From positions 26,152 to 58,151 of the forward strand of contig NZ_QLME01000001.1 of NCBI RefSeq assembly GCF_003259895.1: DNA of 32,000 nucleotides. The letters are read 5' to 3'. Both the position numbers and the translations under genes were made by a program. Below, in pieces: positions 1 through 8,617 of this stretch (position 1 is the first letter of the stretch; every line of letters begins with the position of its first letter). Source of the DNA: Halanaerobium saccharolyticum. Lineage in GTDB: Bacteria; Bacillota; Halanaerobiia; Halanaerobiales; Halanaerobiaceae. The notes below the pieces were generated by a model. The model did not search any database. It saw nothing but the letters and a program-made list of their open reading frames with translations, and was not told the origin of the DNA.

Positions 1-1703
1 CAGACCTCCTTATCTAAAATTAAATTTGTATATTCAAACTCAGTGTAAGAAAGACCGTGTCCAAAGGGGAATTGAGGCTCAATTTTTTTCTTTTCGTAAT
101 ATCTATAACCTACATAAATACCTTCTGCATAATTAACTTCCTCATTTACTCCAGGGAAATTAAGATAAGAAGGATTATGCGCTAAAGAAAGTGGAAAAGT
201 CTCAGCAAGCTTCCCGGAAGGATTAACCTTCCCCTTAATTACATTAACTATCGCTTTTGCCCCTGCCTGTCCGGGCAGCCATCCTTCTAAAACAGCAGGA
301 ACTTTGTCAATCCAGTCAGATATATTTACAGCTGAACCGTTATTTAGCACTACTATAAGATTTTTATTAACTTCTGCAACAGCTTTAATTAACTTATTCT
401 GTCTTTCTGGTAAATTAATATTCTTACGATCAAAACCTTCTGATTCAAATTTTTCAGGAATTCCAGCAAAAATAATAACATAATCCGATTTAACAGCTTT
501 CTTTATAGCCTCATCAATTTGACTTTCTAAATTCTGATCGTTATTATAGCCGGAGGCATAGTTTAATTCTACAGCAGGCGGAATTGAATTTTTGATTTCT
601 GATAAACCATCAGCTAAAATATATGGAGTAACCTTTGAACTTCCATTTCCCTGATAACGAGGATTAACAGCCATCTCGCCAATTACGGTAATTGAACTCA
701 TATTATTAAAATCCAGCGGCAGTAACTTATTCTCATTTTTCAACAATACCACAGACTCTTCAGCTGCAGTTTGTGCTATTTTGTCATGTTGATCATAGTC
801 AACAGTTATTCTTTCTGGTGACGATTTAAATACTGTCTTCAAAACTCGTTTTACAGATTGATTTAAAATCTCTTCTTTCAGTTCCTTTTTATCCAGCTGC
901 ATCTGAATTTTTTCTTTATTGACTCTGGAAGGTCCAGGCATTTCCAGATCAAGACCAGATTTTAATGCTGCTGCCCGATCATGGATCGCCCCCCAGTCAG
1001 AAATAACTAAGCCCTGGTATCCCCATTCAGCTCTTAAAATCTGATTTAAAAGATAATCATTCTGAGTAGCTGGAGTTCCATTAACCCGATTATAAGCAGC
1101 CATAACAGTCCAGGGTTCTGCCTCTTTAACCACCCGTTCGAATGCCAGCAGATATATTTCTCTTAAAGCTCTTTCTGCTACTTCTACATTAACCGAAAAT
1201 CTTTTATATTCCTGATTATTGCAGACATAGTGTTTTAATGAAGTACCAACTCCTTGATCCTGGACCCCCTTAACAAAGCAGGAAGCCAGATCTGCTGTTA
1301 AAATTGGATCTTCAGAAAAATATTCAAAATTTCTCCCACCTAAAGGAGATCTTTTGATATTTACTCCTGGCCCCAGAATAATGTTGACACCTAAACTCTT
1401 TGCCTCCTCTGCCAGAGTCTCTCCCACCTGATATAAAAGTTCTTTATTCCAGCTGGAAGCAAGAGCAGAAGCAGTTGGGAAACAGGTAGTTTTTTTATTG
1501 GAAGTAGCTCCAAATTCATTTATCTCGACCACATAGCGCAGACCATGAGGACCATCTGACATCACAATAGCTGGTATGTTCAGCCTTTTTATTTCTTCTG
1601 TAGTCCACATACTTGCACCACTGCATAGTTTAATTTTTTCTTCTAATGTTAATTCGGCTATCAGCTCATCTATTTTTTTGTCTATATCTATATTATTTTC
1701 CAA
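1..1703 (-). CDS. Glycoside hydrolase family 3 beta-glycosidase (beta-glucosidase/beta-xylosidase-like), C-terminus runs off the window
   Basis: Manual translation from TTG at 1703 (upstream GGAGG): MENNIDIDKKIDELIAELTLEEKIKLCSGASMW...SDGPHGLR...GPGVNIKRSPLGGRNFEYFSEDP...KHYVCNNQE...VISDWGAIHD...ESVVLLKNENKLLPL. These are classic GH3 N- and C-domain motifs. Not in the supplied ORF track because it is open at the window edge. Confidence 0.93.
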   Translation of the reverse strand, partial: MENNIDIDKKIDELIAELTLEEKIKLCSGASMWTTEEIKRLNIPAIVMSDGPHGLRYVVEINEFGATSNKKTTCFPTASALASSWNKELLYQVGETLAEEAKSLGVNIILGPGVNIKRSPLGGRNFEYFSEDPILTADLASCFVKGVQDQGVGTSLKHYVCNNQEYKRFSVNVEVAERALREIYLLAFERVVKEAEPWTVMAAYNRVNGTPATQNDYLLNQILRAEWGYQGLVISDWGAIHDRAAALKSGLDLEMPGPSRVNKEKIQMQLDKKELKEEILNQSVKRVLKTVFKSSPERITVDYDQHDKIAQTAAEESVVLLKNENKLLPLDFNNMSSITVIGEMAVNPRYQGNGSSKVTPYILADGLSEIKNSIPPAVELNYASGYNNDQNLESQIDEAIKKAVKSDYVIIFAGIPEKFESEGFDRKNINLPERQNKLIKAVAEVNKNLIVVLNNGSAVNISDWIDKVPAVLEGWLPGQAGAKAIVNVIKGKVNPSGKLAETFPLSLAHNPSYLNFPGVNEEVNYAEGIYVGYRYYEKKKIEPQFPFGHGLSYTEFEYTNLILDKEV

Positions 1704-1721
1704 AGTCCTTCCTCCCTGTAC

Positions 1722-2564
1722 TTAACCTTTTACCGCTCCTGCACTCATACCTTTTACCAACTGATCTTCCATCAATAAATAAATTGCAATAATCGGAACT
1801 AAGGCCATAGATAATCCAGCCATCTGCATTCCATAATCAGTACTAAATTGACCTGAGAACAAAGAAAGACTTAAAGGTAAAGTCATTAATTTATTGTCAT
1901 TAATTAAAACTAAAGCAAAAGAAAATTCATTCCAGTTATAAACAAAATTCAAAATTCCCACTGTTGCCAGAGCCGGTCTGGTCATTGGTAAAATAATCGA
2001 CCAGAAAATTCTAAGATAACCTGCTCCATCAACAATTGCAGCTTCTTCTACTGCTTTCGGTAAACTTTTCATAAAACTGCTCAAAATAAAAATAGTTAAG
2101 GGCAGGTTAAAAGCAACATAAGGTAAAATTAGTGATGCTCTGGTATTAACAAGCCCAATATTTCGCATCAAAATAAAAATAGGGACTAAAGTACCATGGA
2201 TTGGAACTAAAAGGCCAAAAATAAAAAAACTATAAATTAATTTTTTACCAGGAAATTCAAAACGAGAAATAAAGTATGCTGCTAGAGAACCAATAGATAC
2301 AGTAATCAAAACAGCAATACCAGCTACAATAAAACTATTCATAAAACTCCTGCCCAGAGATACCGCATTCCAGGCTCTAGTGTAATTACTCAGCATCAAT
2401 GACTTTGGCAGTGAAAATGAATTGATAGAAATCTGATTTTCGGTTTTAAACGAGTTCATAACCATCCAGAAAATCGGATATATATTTATTAAAGCAAAAA
2501 ATATCAAAATTGCATATGTAGCATATTTTTTCAATTTATCTAGTTTTTTAATTTTATTACTCAT
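1722..2564 (-). CDS. Sugar ABC transporter permease (MalG/LacG-like)
   Basis: 280 aa with six TM-like segments and an EAA-type loop 'EAAIVDGAGYLRIFWSIILPMTRPALAT'; adjacent to a second permease and a binding protein. Confidence 0.92.
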   Translation of the reverse strand: MSNKIKKLDKLKKYATYAILIFFALINIYPIFWMVMNSFKTENQISINSFSLPKSLMLSNYTRAWNAVSLGRSFMNSFIVAGIAVLITVSIGSLAAYFISRFEFPGKKLIYSFFIFGLLVPIHGTLVPIFILMRNIGLVNTRASLILPYVAFNLPLTIFILSSFMKSLPKAVEEAAIVDGAGYLRIFWSIILPMTRPALATVGILNFVYNWNEFSFALVLINDNKLMTLPLSLSLFSGQFSTDYGMQMAGLSMALVPIIAIYLLMEDQLVKGMSAGAVKG

Positions 2565-2581
2565 GACTACCTCCTTTTAAT

Positions 2582-3460
2582 TTAGTCTCCAAATTTAGCA
2601 AAAAGATTTCTGACTATAGTAACTAAAACAATACCAAATATCACAATAAATATTGAAACCGCACTTCCATAACCAAATTTCATTCCATTAAAGGTATTGT
2701 CATACATATGTATCGCCATCACTTCTGTGGCATGTGAGGGACCACCATTTGTCATTACATAAATCAAAGCAAAAGTTTTAAGGCTGCCGCTAATACATAA
2801 GACTACTGCAGCTAAAATCGAATCTTTAACTAAAGGAATTGTTATATATAATGTTCTTTTCCAACCCTGAGCTCCATCAATTTTTGCAGCCTCTAAAATT
2901 TCATCCGGTACTGTCTGTAAGGCCGCCAGAAATATAATAAAATAAAGACCAACAAACTGCCAGATTATAACAGCAGCTACAGAAAACATTGCTATATCTG
3001 GATCGCTTAACCAGTTCTGGATCCATGATTCCAGTCCTACAAAACTTAAAATATTATTTAAAAGTCCAAAATTATAATTATATACCATACTCCAGACTAA
3101 AGAAATAATTACGGCCGAAATTACTACTGGCATAAAGATAATTGTTCTAAAAAAATGTCTTCCTTTTATTTTCTGATTCACAAGCAAAGCTAATAAAAAA
3201 CCTATTGGTACCTGTCCCAGTACTGAAGCCAAAACAACTACCATATTATTTTTTAAAGAACGCCAGAAAATATTATTTCCAAACATTTCAGCATAATTTT
3301 CTAAACCTACAAATGAAGGGGGAGAAAAACCATTCCACTCAACTAAAGAATAGCGAGCAGAAATAAAGATTGGAATAATTACAAAACCTAGATAGAGTAA
3401 AAAAGCTGGCAAAATACCAAGATATATTAGTTTTTTCTTATGCTTATAAATATGTTCCAC
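2582..3460 (-). CDS. Sugar ABC transporter permease (MalF/LacF-like)
   Basis: 292 aa, EAA loop 'EILEAAKIDGAQGWKRTLYITIPLVKDSI', adjacent to a MalG-like permease. Confidence 0.92.
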   Translation of the reverse strand: MEHIYKHKKKLIYLGILPAFLLYLGFVIIPIFISARYSLVEWNGFSPPSFVGLENYAEMFGNNIFWRSLKNNMVVVLASVLGQVPIGFLLALLVNQKIKGRHFFRTIIFMPVVISAVIISLVWSMVYNYNFGLLNNILSFVGLESWIQNWLSDPDIAMFSVAAVIIWQFVGLYFIIFLAALQTVPDEILEAAKIDGAQGWKRTLYITIPLVKDSILAAVVLCISGSLKTFALIYVMTNGGPSHATEVMAIHMYDNTFNGMKFGYGSAVSIFIVIFGIVLVTIVRNLFAKFGD

Positions 3461-3516
3461 TTTCTAAACCTCCTGAATAAAAGGGGGAGGTTTTTCCTCC
3501 CCCTTAATTATTTATT

Positions 3517-4782
3517 CTATAAGTTATCCTGCATCTGTTGAGCTAACTCTTCTGATGTCATTTCTCCTGTAGTTAATGACTGCAGACCATTATTAATTGT
3601 TTGAATTAAATTAATAGGTAAGACAGCATCATAAACTGGTCCAATTTGATGTTCATTGACTAAATTAATAACATCCTGGAACTGAGGTGAAATATCAGCA
3701 GGTAGATCAACTTTTGCTGGCACAAATGATCCTGTTCTTAAAAGATCTACATATGTTTCTTCGGAGTAGAAAAACTTCAGAAACTTAATTGCAGCTTCTT
3801 TTTGTGCTTCAGAAAGGCCGGATCTAATTGAAAAAGCACTTCCTGTAACTCCAGATAAAGCTTTAGGAGCTACTTCTCCTTCAATTTGAGGGAATGTTGC
3901 AATTCCAACATTCATATCTTCTTCTTTAGCAGTTTCTATTACTCCACCAATATCCCAGGCTCCACCAAAGAACATTGCAGCTCTTTTCTGATAAAATGCC
4001 TGTCTCATTTCCATATCATTTAAACTATTAGCATCTTTATTGAAGTATCCTTCGTCAGCAAGCTCTTTTATAACATCAAGTGCTTTAATAAAAGCAGGGT
4101 CAGTAAATTTGCGTTCTCCTGCTAAAACATCTTCTAAATAATCAATTCCTGTCAATCTATCTCCGATAGTTGAAATATAAATTGACTGCAGTACCCATTT
4201 AGCTTTATTACCTAAAGAAATTGGAACAATATCATTTTCCTTAAGAGCGTCTCCCATCACTTTGAATTCTTCGTATGTTTCAGGCCATTCTGTATAGCCC
4301 GCTTCTGCTAGCATATCTTTATTATAGAAGGCAAAGTGAGTATAATTTACTTTAGCGGGAATTGCATAAACTTTATCATTAAAAGTATATGCAGAAAGAC
4401 TATCTCTTGGAATTAAATCATCAGTCCAGTAGTCAATTATTCCTTCTAAATCCATTAATAATCCTGCTTCAACTAGAGGCTGCACTTCAGATCCTGGATA
4501 TGTCTGCATAATATCAGGAATTTGACCCCCGGCTGCTTGAGTTCTCAGTTTAGTTCTATAACTATCATTTGGAATAACCTGAATCTTAAGTTTTATATTT
4601 GGATTGTTTTCCTGAAACTCTTCGATTTTAGGCAGTAAAACTTCACTTGCAAAAGCATCCTGACCTGTCCAGGCATGCCACATCTCTAATTCAACAGTTT
4701 CCTGAGCCATTACTGAACTTGTAAACAAAATTCCAACAATTAAAACTATAAAAATAATCAGACTATTTTTTTTATTAATCAC
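3517..4782 (-). CDS. Sugar ABC transporter extracellular solute-binding protein (family 1)
   Basis: N-terminal signal peptide then 'TVELEMWHAWTGQDAF...LLPKIEEFQENNPNIKLKIQVIPNDSYRTKLRTQAAGGQIPDI'; typical family 1 binding-protein architecture. Confidence 0.93.
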   Translation of the reverse strand: MINKKNSLIIFIVLIVGILFTSSVMAQETVELEMWHAWTGQDAFASEVLLPKIEEFQENNPNIKLKIQVIPNDSYRTKLRTQAAGGQIPDIMQTYPGSEVQPLVEAGLLMDLEGIIDYWTDDLIPRDSLSAYTFNDKVYAIPAKVNYTHFAFYNKDMLAEAGYTEWPETYEEFKVMGDALKENDIVPISLGNKAKWVLQSIYISTIGDRLTGIDYLEDVLAGERKFTDPAFIKALDVIKELADEGYFNKDANSLNDMEMRQAFYQKRAAMFFGGAWDIGGVIETAKEEDMNVGIATFPQIEGEVAPKALSGVTGSAFSIRSGLSEAQKEAAIKFLKFFYSEETYVDLLRTGSFVPAKVDLPADISPQFQDVINLVNEHQIGPVYDAVLPINLIQTINNGLQSLTTGEMTSEELAQQMQDNL

Positions 4783-4898
4783 ATTAATACCTCCCTGGTT
4801 TTTAAAACATTAAAAAGCCAAAATCAACTGATATTTCAAAACTGATATATCACCTCCGATAAAATTTAATGGCTTATAAGCTTATAATGTTATAATTT

Positions 4899-5933
4899 TT
4901 ATATAGTATCTGTTGATTCCCTTGTGATGAGTTCAACAGGTATAACTATCTTTCTAGTTTTTGCAGCCGGGTTTTTAATTAGTTTATATAATCTTTCCAT
5001 TGCAGTAAGTCCCATTTCCTGTTTAAATATTCTAACAGTTGTTAAAGATGGAGTAATATGTCTTCCAGTTTCAATATCATCAAAACCGCAAACAGAAAAA
5101 TCCTCAGGAACGGAAAAACCAGCATCCTGAATTGCTTTAATTACACCAAGAGCTCTTGAATCATTCACAGCAAAAAAGGCTGTAGGCAAATCCTTTTCTT
5201 CTTTTAACATTTTTGATACAACTTTATAAGCACTTTCTGTTCCATAAGTTGAGTCCCCAATCTTTATAAACGAATCTTTTACTTCTAAAGCATGATTTCT
5301 CAAGCTGTTAATATAACCAGTATATCTTTCTTCAAAAGAAGTATTGTCTAACGGTCCTGAAATAAAGGCTATATCTTGATGTCCCAGCTCAAGCAAATGG
5401 TTCATCATCTTTTTTGCACCAGCAATATTATCATTCAAAATACAATCAATATTTTCCTGCCAGAAATGATTATCAATAACAACAACAGGCATTCCAGCTT
5501 CTTTAATTTCCATAATTAGCTTTTCATCAATCAGATAACCTATAAATACCATTCCAGCAATGTCCTGACTGGAAATCATTTCATCTATTATTTTTTTATC
5601 TTTTTTACTTTCTCCAGTTATTGATTTAATTAACAGTTCATAATTGTGACTTTTAGTAAAATTTTCTAACCCCAGAGCTATCTGAGCATAAAAAGGATTA
5701 CCTAAAATACCACCCTGTTTATCCAGACGATTATTAAAAATCGTAGCAATATATTGAGACTTCTGGTTTAAATCTTTATTATATTTTCTAAACTCATAAC
5801 CCATTTCAGAAGCAGTATCTAAAACAACAGACCGGGTTTGAGCAGAAATATTACCCTTTTCGTTAATAACTCTTGAAACTGTTGAAACAGAAAATCCAGT
5901 TTTTTCTGCAATATCACTTAATGTAGTTGGCAT
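4899..5933 (-). CDS. LacI/GalR family transcriptional regulator
   Basis: N-terminal 'TTLSDIAEKTGFSVSTVSRVINEKGNISAQTRSVVLDTASEMGY' LacI HTH, followed by a periplasmic-binding-like domain. Confidence 0.95.
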   Translation of the reverse strand: MPTTLSDIAEKTGFSVSTVSRVINEKGNISAQTRSVVLDTASEMGYEFRKYNKDLNQKSQYIATIFNNRLDKQGGILGNPFYAQIALGLENFTKSHNYELLIKSITGESKKDKKIIDEMISSQDIAGMVFIGYLIDEKLIMEIKEAGMPVVVIDNHFWQENIDCILNDNIAGAKKMMNHLLELGHQDIAFISGPLDNTSFEERYTGYINSLRNHALEVKDSFIKIGDSTYGTESAYKVVSKMLKEEKDLPTAFFAVNDSRALGVIKAIQDAGFSVPEDFSVCGFDDIETGRHITPSLTTVRIFKQEMGLTAMERLYKLIKNPAAKTRKIVIPVELITRESTDTI

Positions 5934-5959
5934 AATTCAATCCTCCAATTAAAATTTAT

Positions 5960-5977
5960 GCAAAAAAATATTTTTGC
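5960..5977. promoter_or_regulatory. Putative LacI-family operator (inverted repeat GCAAAAA-aata-TTTTTGC)
   Basis: Perfect 7-bp arms about 27 bp upstream of the LacI start; related GCAAA half-sites recur at 6110-6170. Confidence 0.45.
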
Positions 5978-6136
5978 TTAAATAATTTTATTAATATTCA
6001 AATAACATTTAATGATAATCATCCCTGTTATTACAACAAATATATGTTTAAAATAATTTTGATAACTTGTTTTTAACTCACTATATGAAAATTCTAACAC
6101 AAACTTTTACGCAAATCAAGCAAATTATATATTTAA

Positions 6137-6146
6137 TTTGCGCAAA
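6137..6146. promoter_or_regulatory. Putative LacI-family operator core TTTGCGCAAA
   Basis: Perfect 10-bp palindrome with a central CG step, typical of LacI-family sites, near further GCAAA half-sites. Confidence 0.4.
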
Positions 6147-6344
6147 ATTTATATTATTTATGCAAAAGTATGAAAATTAGCTCATTAATTAGGCTTTATT
6201 ATATTCTTTTATCAATAATAATTATTTACACAAACAAAAACTACAGCAAAAATATTCTGCTGCAGTTTTTATCAAATATTAAATTTACGATTAAATTAAC
6301 AAAATTTTTTTCTAGACACCAAACAGTCTTACCTATAACAAAAC

Positions 6345-6669
6345 CACTATTTTTTTAGCTTCCTGATCCGGAATGATTTTAATGCCATTTTCAATTTCCT
6401 CCACTTTACCATTGTCAACTTTTTTATAATCCCAGATATTATTCAGCACAATTGAATAATCTTGAGCTGCATTTTCAACTTAAATTACTTCTCCACTTAA
6501 AAAAATAGTCCAGCAACCTTCTGGCAAATAGTATTTAACTTTGCCATCTTCATTAAATACCGGAGCAACCATTAAAGAATCACCGAGCATAAACTGTCGA
6601 TCCAGATAGTCACAGCCAGGATCATCCTGAAATTCTAAAAGCATTGGCCTTAAAACAAGAGTTCCAGTA
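6345..6669 (-). pseudogene. C-terminal remnant of a GH31 alpha-xylosidase (YicI-like)
   Basis: Manual minus-strand translation: 'TGTLVLRPMLLEFQDDPGCDYLDRQFMLGDSLMVAPVFNEDGKVKYYLPEGCWTIFLSGEVI*VENAAQDYSIVLNN...'. The YicI-type signature is clear, followed by an in-frame stop; the catalytic N-terminal part is missing. Confidence 0.8.
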
Positions 6670-6961
6670 TAAGATTAATAAACTTCAGCCGGATATTATA
6701 ATCACAGATATCAGAATGCCCGAAATGAATGGTCTTGAAATGGCAGAAGAAATCCGAAAAAATAACCAGAAGACTAAAATAATTGTACTCAGCGGTTACG
6801 ATAAATTTGAGTATGCCAAAAAATTAATTAAAGAAAATAGGGAGATTAAATTTTATCAAATTGCTGAAGCTGTAGGCTTTAATGATTATAAATATTTTTC
6901 TACTATTTTTAAAAAATACACCGGAACAACTCCCAGTAAATATAAAAATAATTTATATTAA
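6644..6961 (+). pseudogene. Internally deleted AraC/YesN-type response regulator remnant
   Basis: Contains a receiver-domain stretch 'LQPDIIITDIRMPEMNGLEMAEEIRKNNQKTKIIVLSGYDKFEYAKKLI' joined directly to an AraC C-terminal HTH 'YQIAEAVGFNDYKYFSTIFKKYTGTTPSKYKN'. The REC N- and C-termini and the linker are missing. Confidence 0.78.
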
Positions 6962-7176
6962 TAATAAATTATACTGCCATTGTTTAATCCCTTCGTTAGA
7001 TAATGTGAATAGTTGTACATTATGCTGATTAATGATATAATTAATCCCAGAAAATAATCCAGCAGAACTTTAAGTCTGGTAATAGTATTCTTCCTGAGTC
7101 CAGGGCAGCTGCCTGAAACAGGGGAAGGGTCTTTATAAAATCTGATTTTTTATCAGCTATATTTCATAAAGCAGCC

Positions 7177-7209
7177 CTATCCCTATTCAATATAGAGGAT
7201 AGTTTTTTT
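7177..7209 (+). terminator. Rho-independent terminator
   Basis: CTATCC-CTAT-tcaat-ATAG-a-GGATAG hairpin followed by TTTTTTT on the plus strand; likely a leftover of the unit that held the response regulator. Confidence 0.6.
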
Positions 7210-7344
7210 ATTTAAGCTGATTTTAAGTAAAAAGATAGATTATTTAGCTATCACAACTTGCTTAACAAATTTAGACTATCAATATGCTCTTTGTCATGTT
7301 TTTATAAATTTTTTTACTAACATTTATTAGAGAGGTGAAAGATT

Positions 7345-8592
7345 ATGCAGGAAACACCGAAAGGTAATCGACCGCACATTGGAGTTTTTGGACGCAGAAA
7401 CGCAGGTAAATCAAGTTTGATTAACAGTCTAACTAATCAGGACCTGGCTCTTGTTTCCAGTATTCCCGGAACAACAACTGATCCCGTTTATAAAGCAATG
7501 GAACTCCTGCCCCTTGGTCCCGTAATCATAATCGACACAGCAGGTATCGATGATACTGGTGAGCTGGGCGAGCTGAGAGTAAAGAAAACTCTGGAAGTTA
7601 TCAGGAAAACTGATCTGGCAGTTCTTGTAATTGATCCTGAGCAAAAAATTGGTGATTATGAGTCCGATCTGCTGAATAAATTTTCCGAATCAGAGACTCC
7701 AGTAGTTCTCTGTCTGAATAAAATTGATTTAGAAACTGAAAAAGAAACTTTAATTAACAAAATAAAAGAAGAATATCAGCTGCAGGCTGTGCCAGTCAGT
7801 GCAGCCACAGGAGCAGGAATTGAAAATTTACGTGATCAGATAGCAGATAAAATGCCTGCTGACACGGAAGAAGCATTTATTGTAGGAGATCTGGTTGACC
7901 CGGGTGATACTATTGTACTGGTAACTCCTATTGATCTCGCAGCTCCCAAAGGGAGACTAATTCTACCTCAAGTTCAGACTATTCGCGATGTACTTGATCA
8001 TGATGGAATAACTATGGTCTGTAAAGAAAGAGAATTAAAGCTAACTCTGGATAAATTAAAAGAAGCTCCTAAACTGGTAATCACAGATTCTCAGGCTTTT
8101 ATGAAAGTAGATGCAGATGTACCTGAAGATATTCTGCTGACAGGCTTTTCAGTTCTATTTGCCCGCTACAAAGGTGATCTGGAGATCTTCCTCCGGGGAG
8201 CCAGAAGGTTAGAAAAACTGCAGGCAGGTGATAAAATTTTGATTGCTGAAGCCTGTACCCACCGCCGTCAGGCTGATGATATCGGAACTGTTAAACTGCC
8301 CCGCTGGCTGAGATCAAAGGTCGGCGCTGACTTAGAGTTTGACCATGTTTCCGGTAGAGATTATCCAGACAATTTAACTGATTATGATCTTATACTTCAC
8401 TGTGGTGGCTGTATGCTGAATCGAAAAGAAGTGATTTCCCGCCTGCAAGAGGCAGATCAGGCAGGAATCCCGGTAATTAATTATGGAATGGCAATTGCCC
8501 AGCTGCACGGTATTCTTGACAGAGCTTTAAAACCCTTTCCTGCCGCCTATCATCTCTGGCTGGAAATGAAAGATGAGACAGCTTTAGTTTAA
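7345..8592 (+). CDS. hydF: [FeFe] hydrogenase H-cluster maturation GTPase HydF
   Basis: N-terminal GTPase (GRRNAGKSSL, DTAGIDD, NKID) with C-terminal cluster ligands 'CTHRR...FDHVSGRDYP...ILHCGGCMLNRKEV' (CxH...HCxxC), specific to HydF. Confidence 0.96.
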   Translation: MQETPKGNRPHIGVFGRRNAGKSSLINSLTNQDLALVSSIPGTTTDPVYKAMELLPLGPVIIIDTAGIDDTGELGELRVKKTLEVIRKTDLAVLVIDPEQKIGDYESDLLNKFSESETPVVLCLNKIDLETEKETLINKIKEEYQLQAVPVSAATGAGIENLRDQIADKMPADTEEAFIVGDLVDPGDTIVLVTPIDLAAPKGRLILPQVQTIRDVLDHDGITMVCKERELKLTLDKLKEAPKLVITDSQAFMKVDADVPEDILLTGFSVLFARYKGDLEIFLRGARRLEKLQAGDKILIAEACTHRRQADDIGTVKLPRWLRSKVGADLEFDHVSGRDYPDNLTDYDLILHCGGCMLNRKEVISRLQEADQAGIPVINYGMAIAQLHGILDRALKPFPAAYHLWLEMKDETALV

Positions 8593-8617
8593 ACCCTTTC
8601 TAAATAAGGAGGAAATA

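Noticed and set aside
6170-6358. 62-aa plus-strand ORF in the track
   Set aside because: Low-complexity, AT-rich, no ribosome site, no recognisable domain, next to pseudogene debris.
6990-7150. Possible third gene remnant (minus strand '...LFSGINYIINQHNVQLFTLSNEGIKQWQYNL')
   Set aside because: Short, interrupted by stops, and I cannot assign a family by eye; a BLASTX search would be needed.
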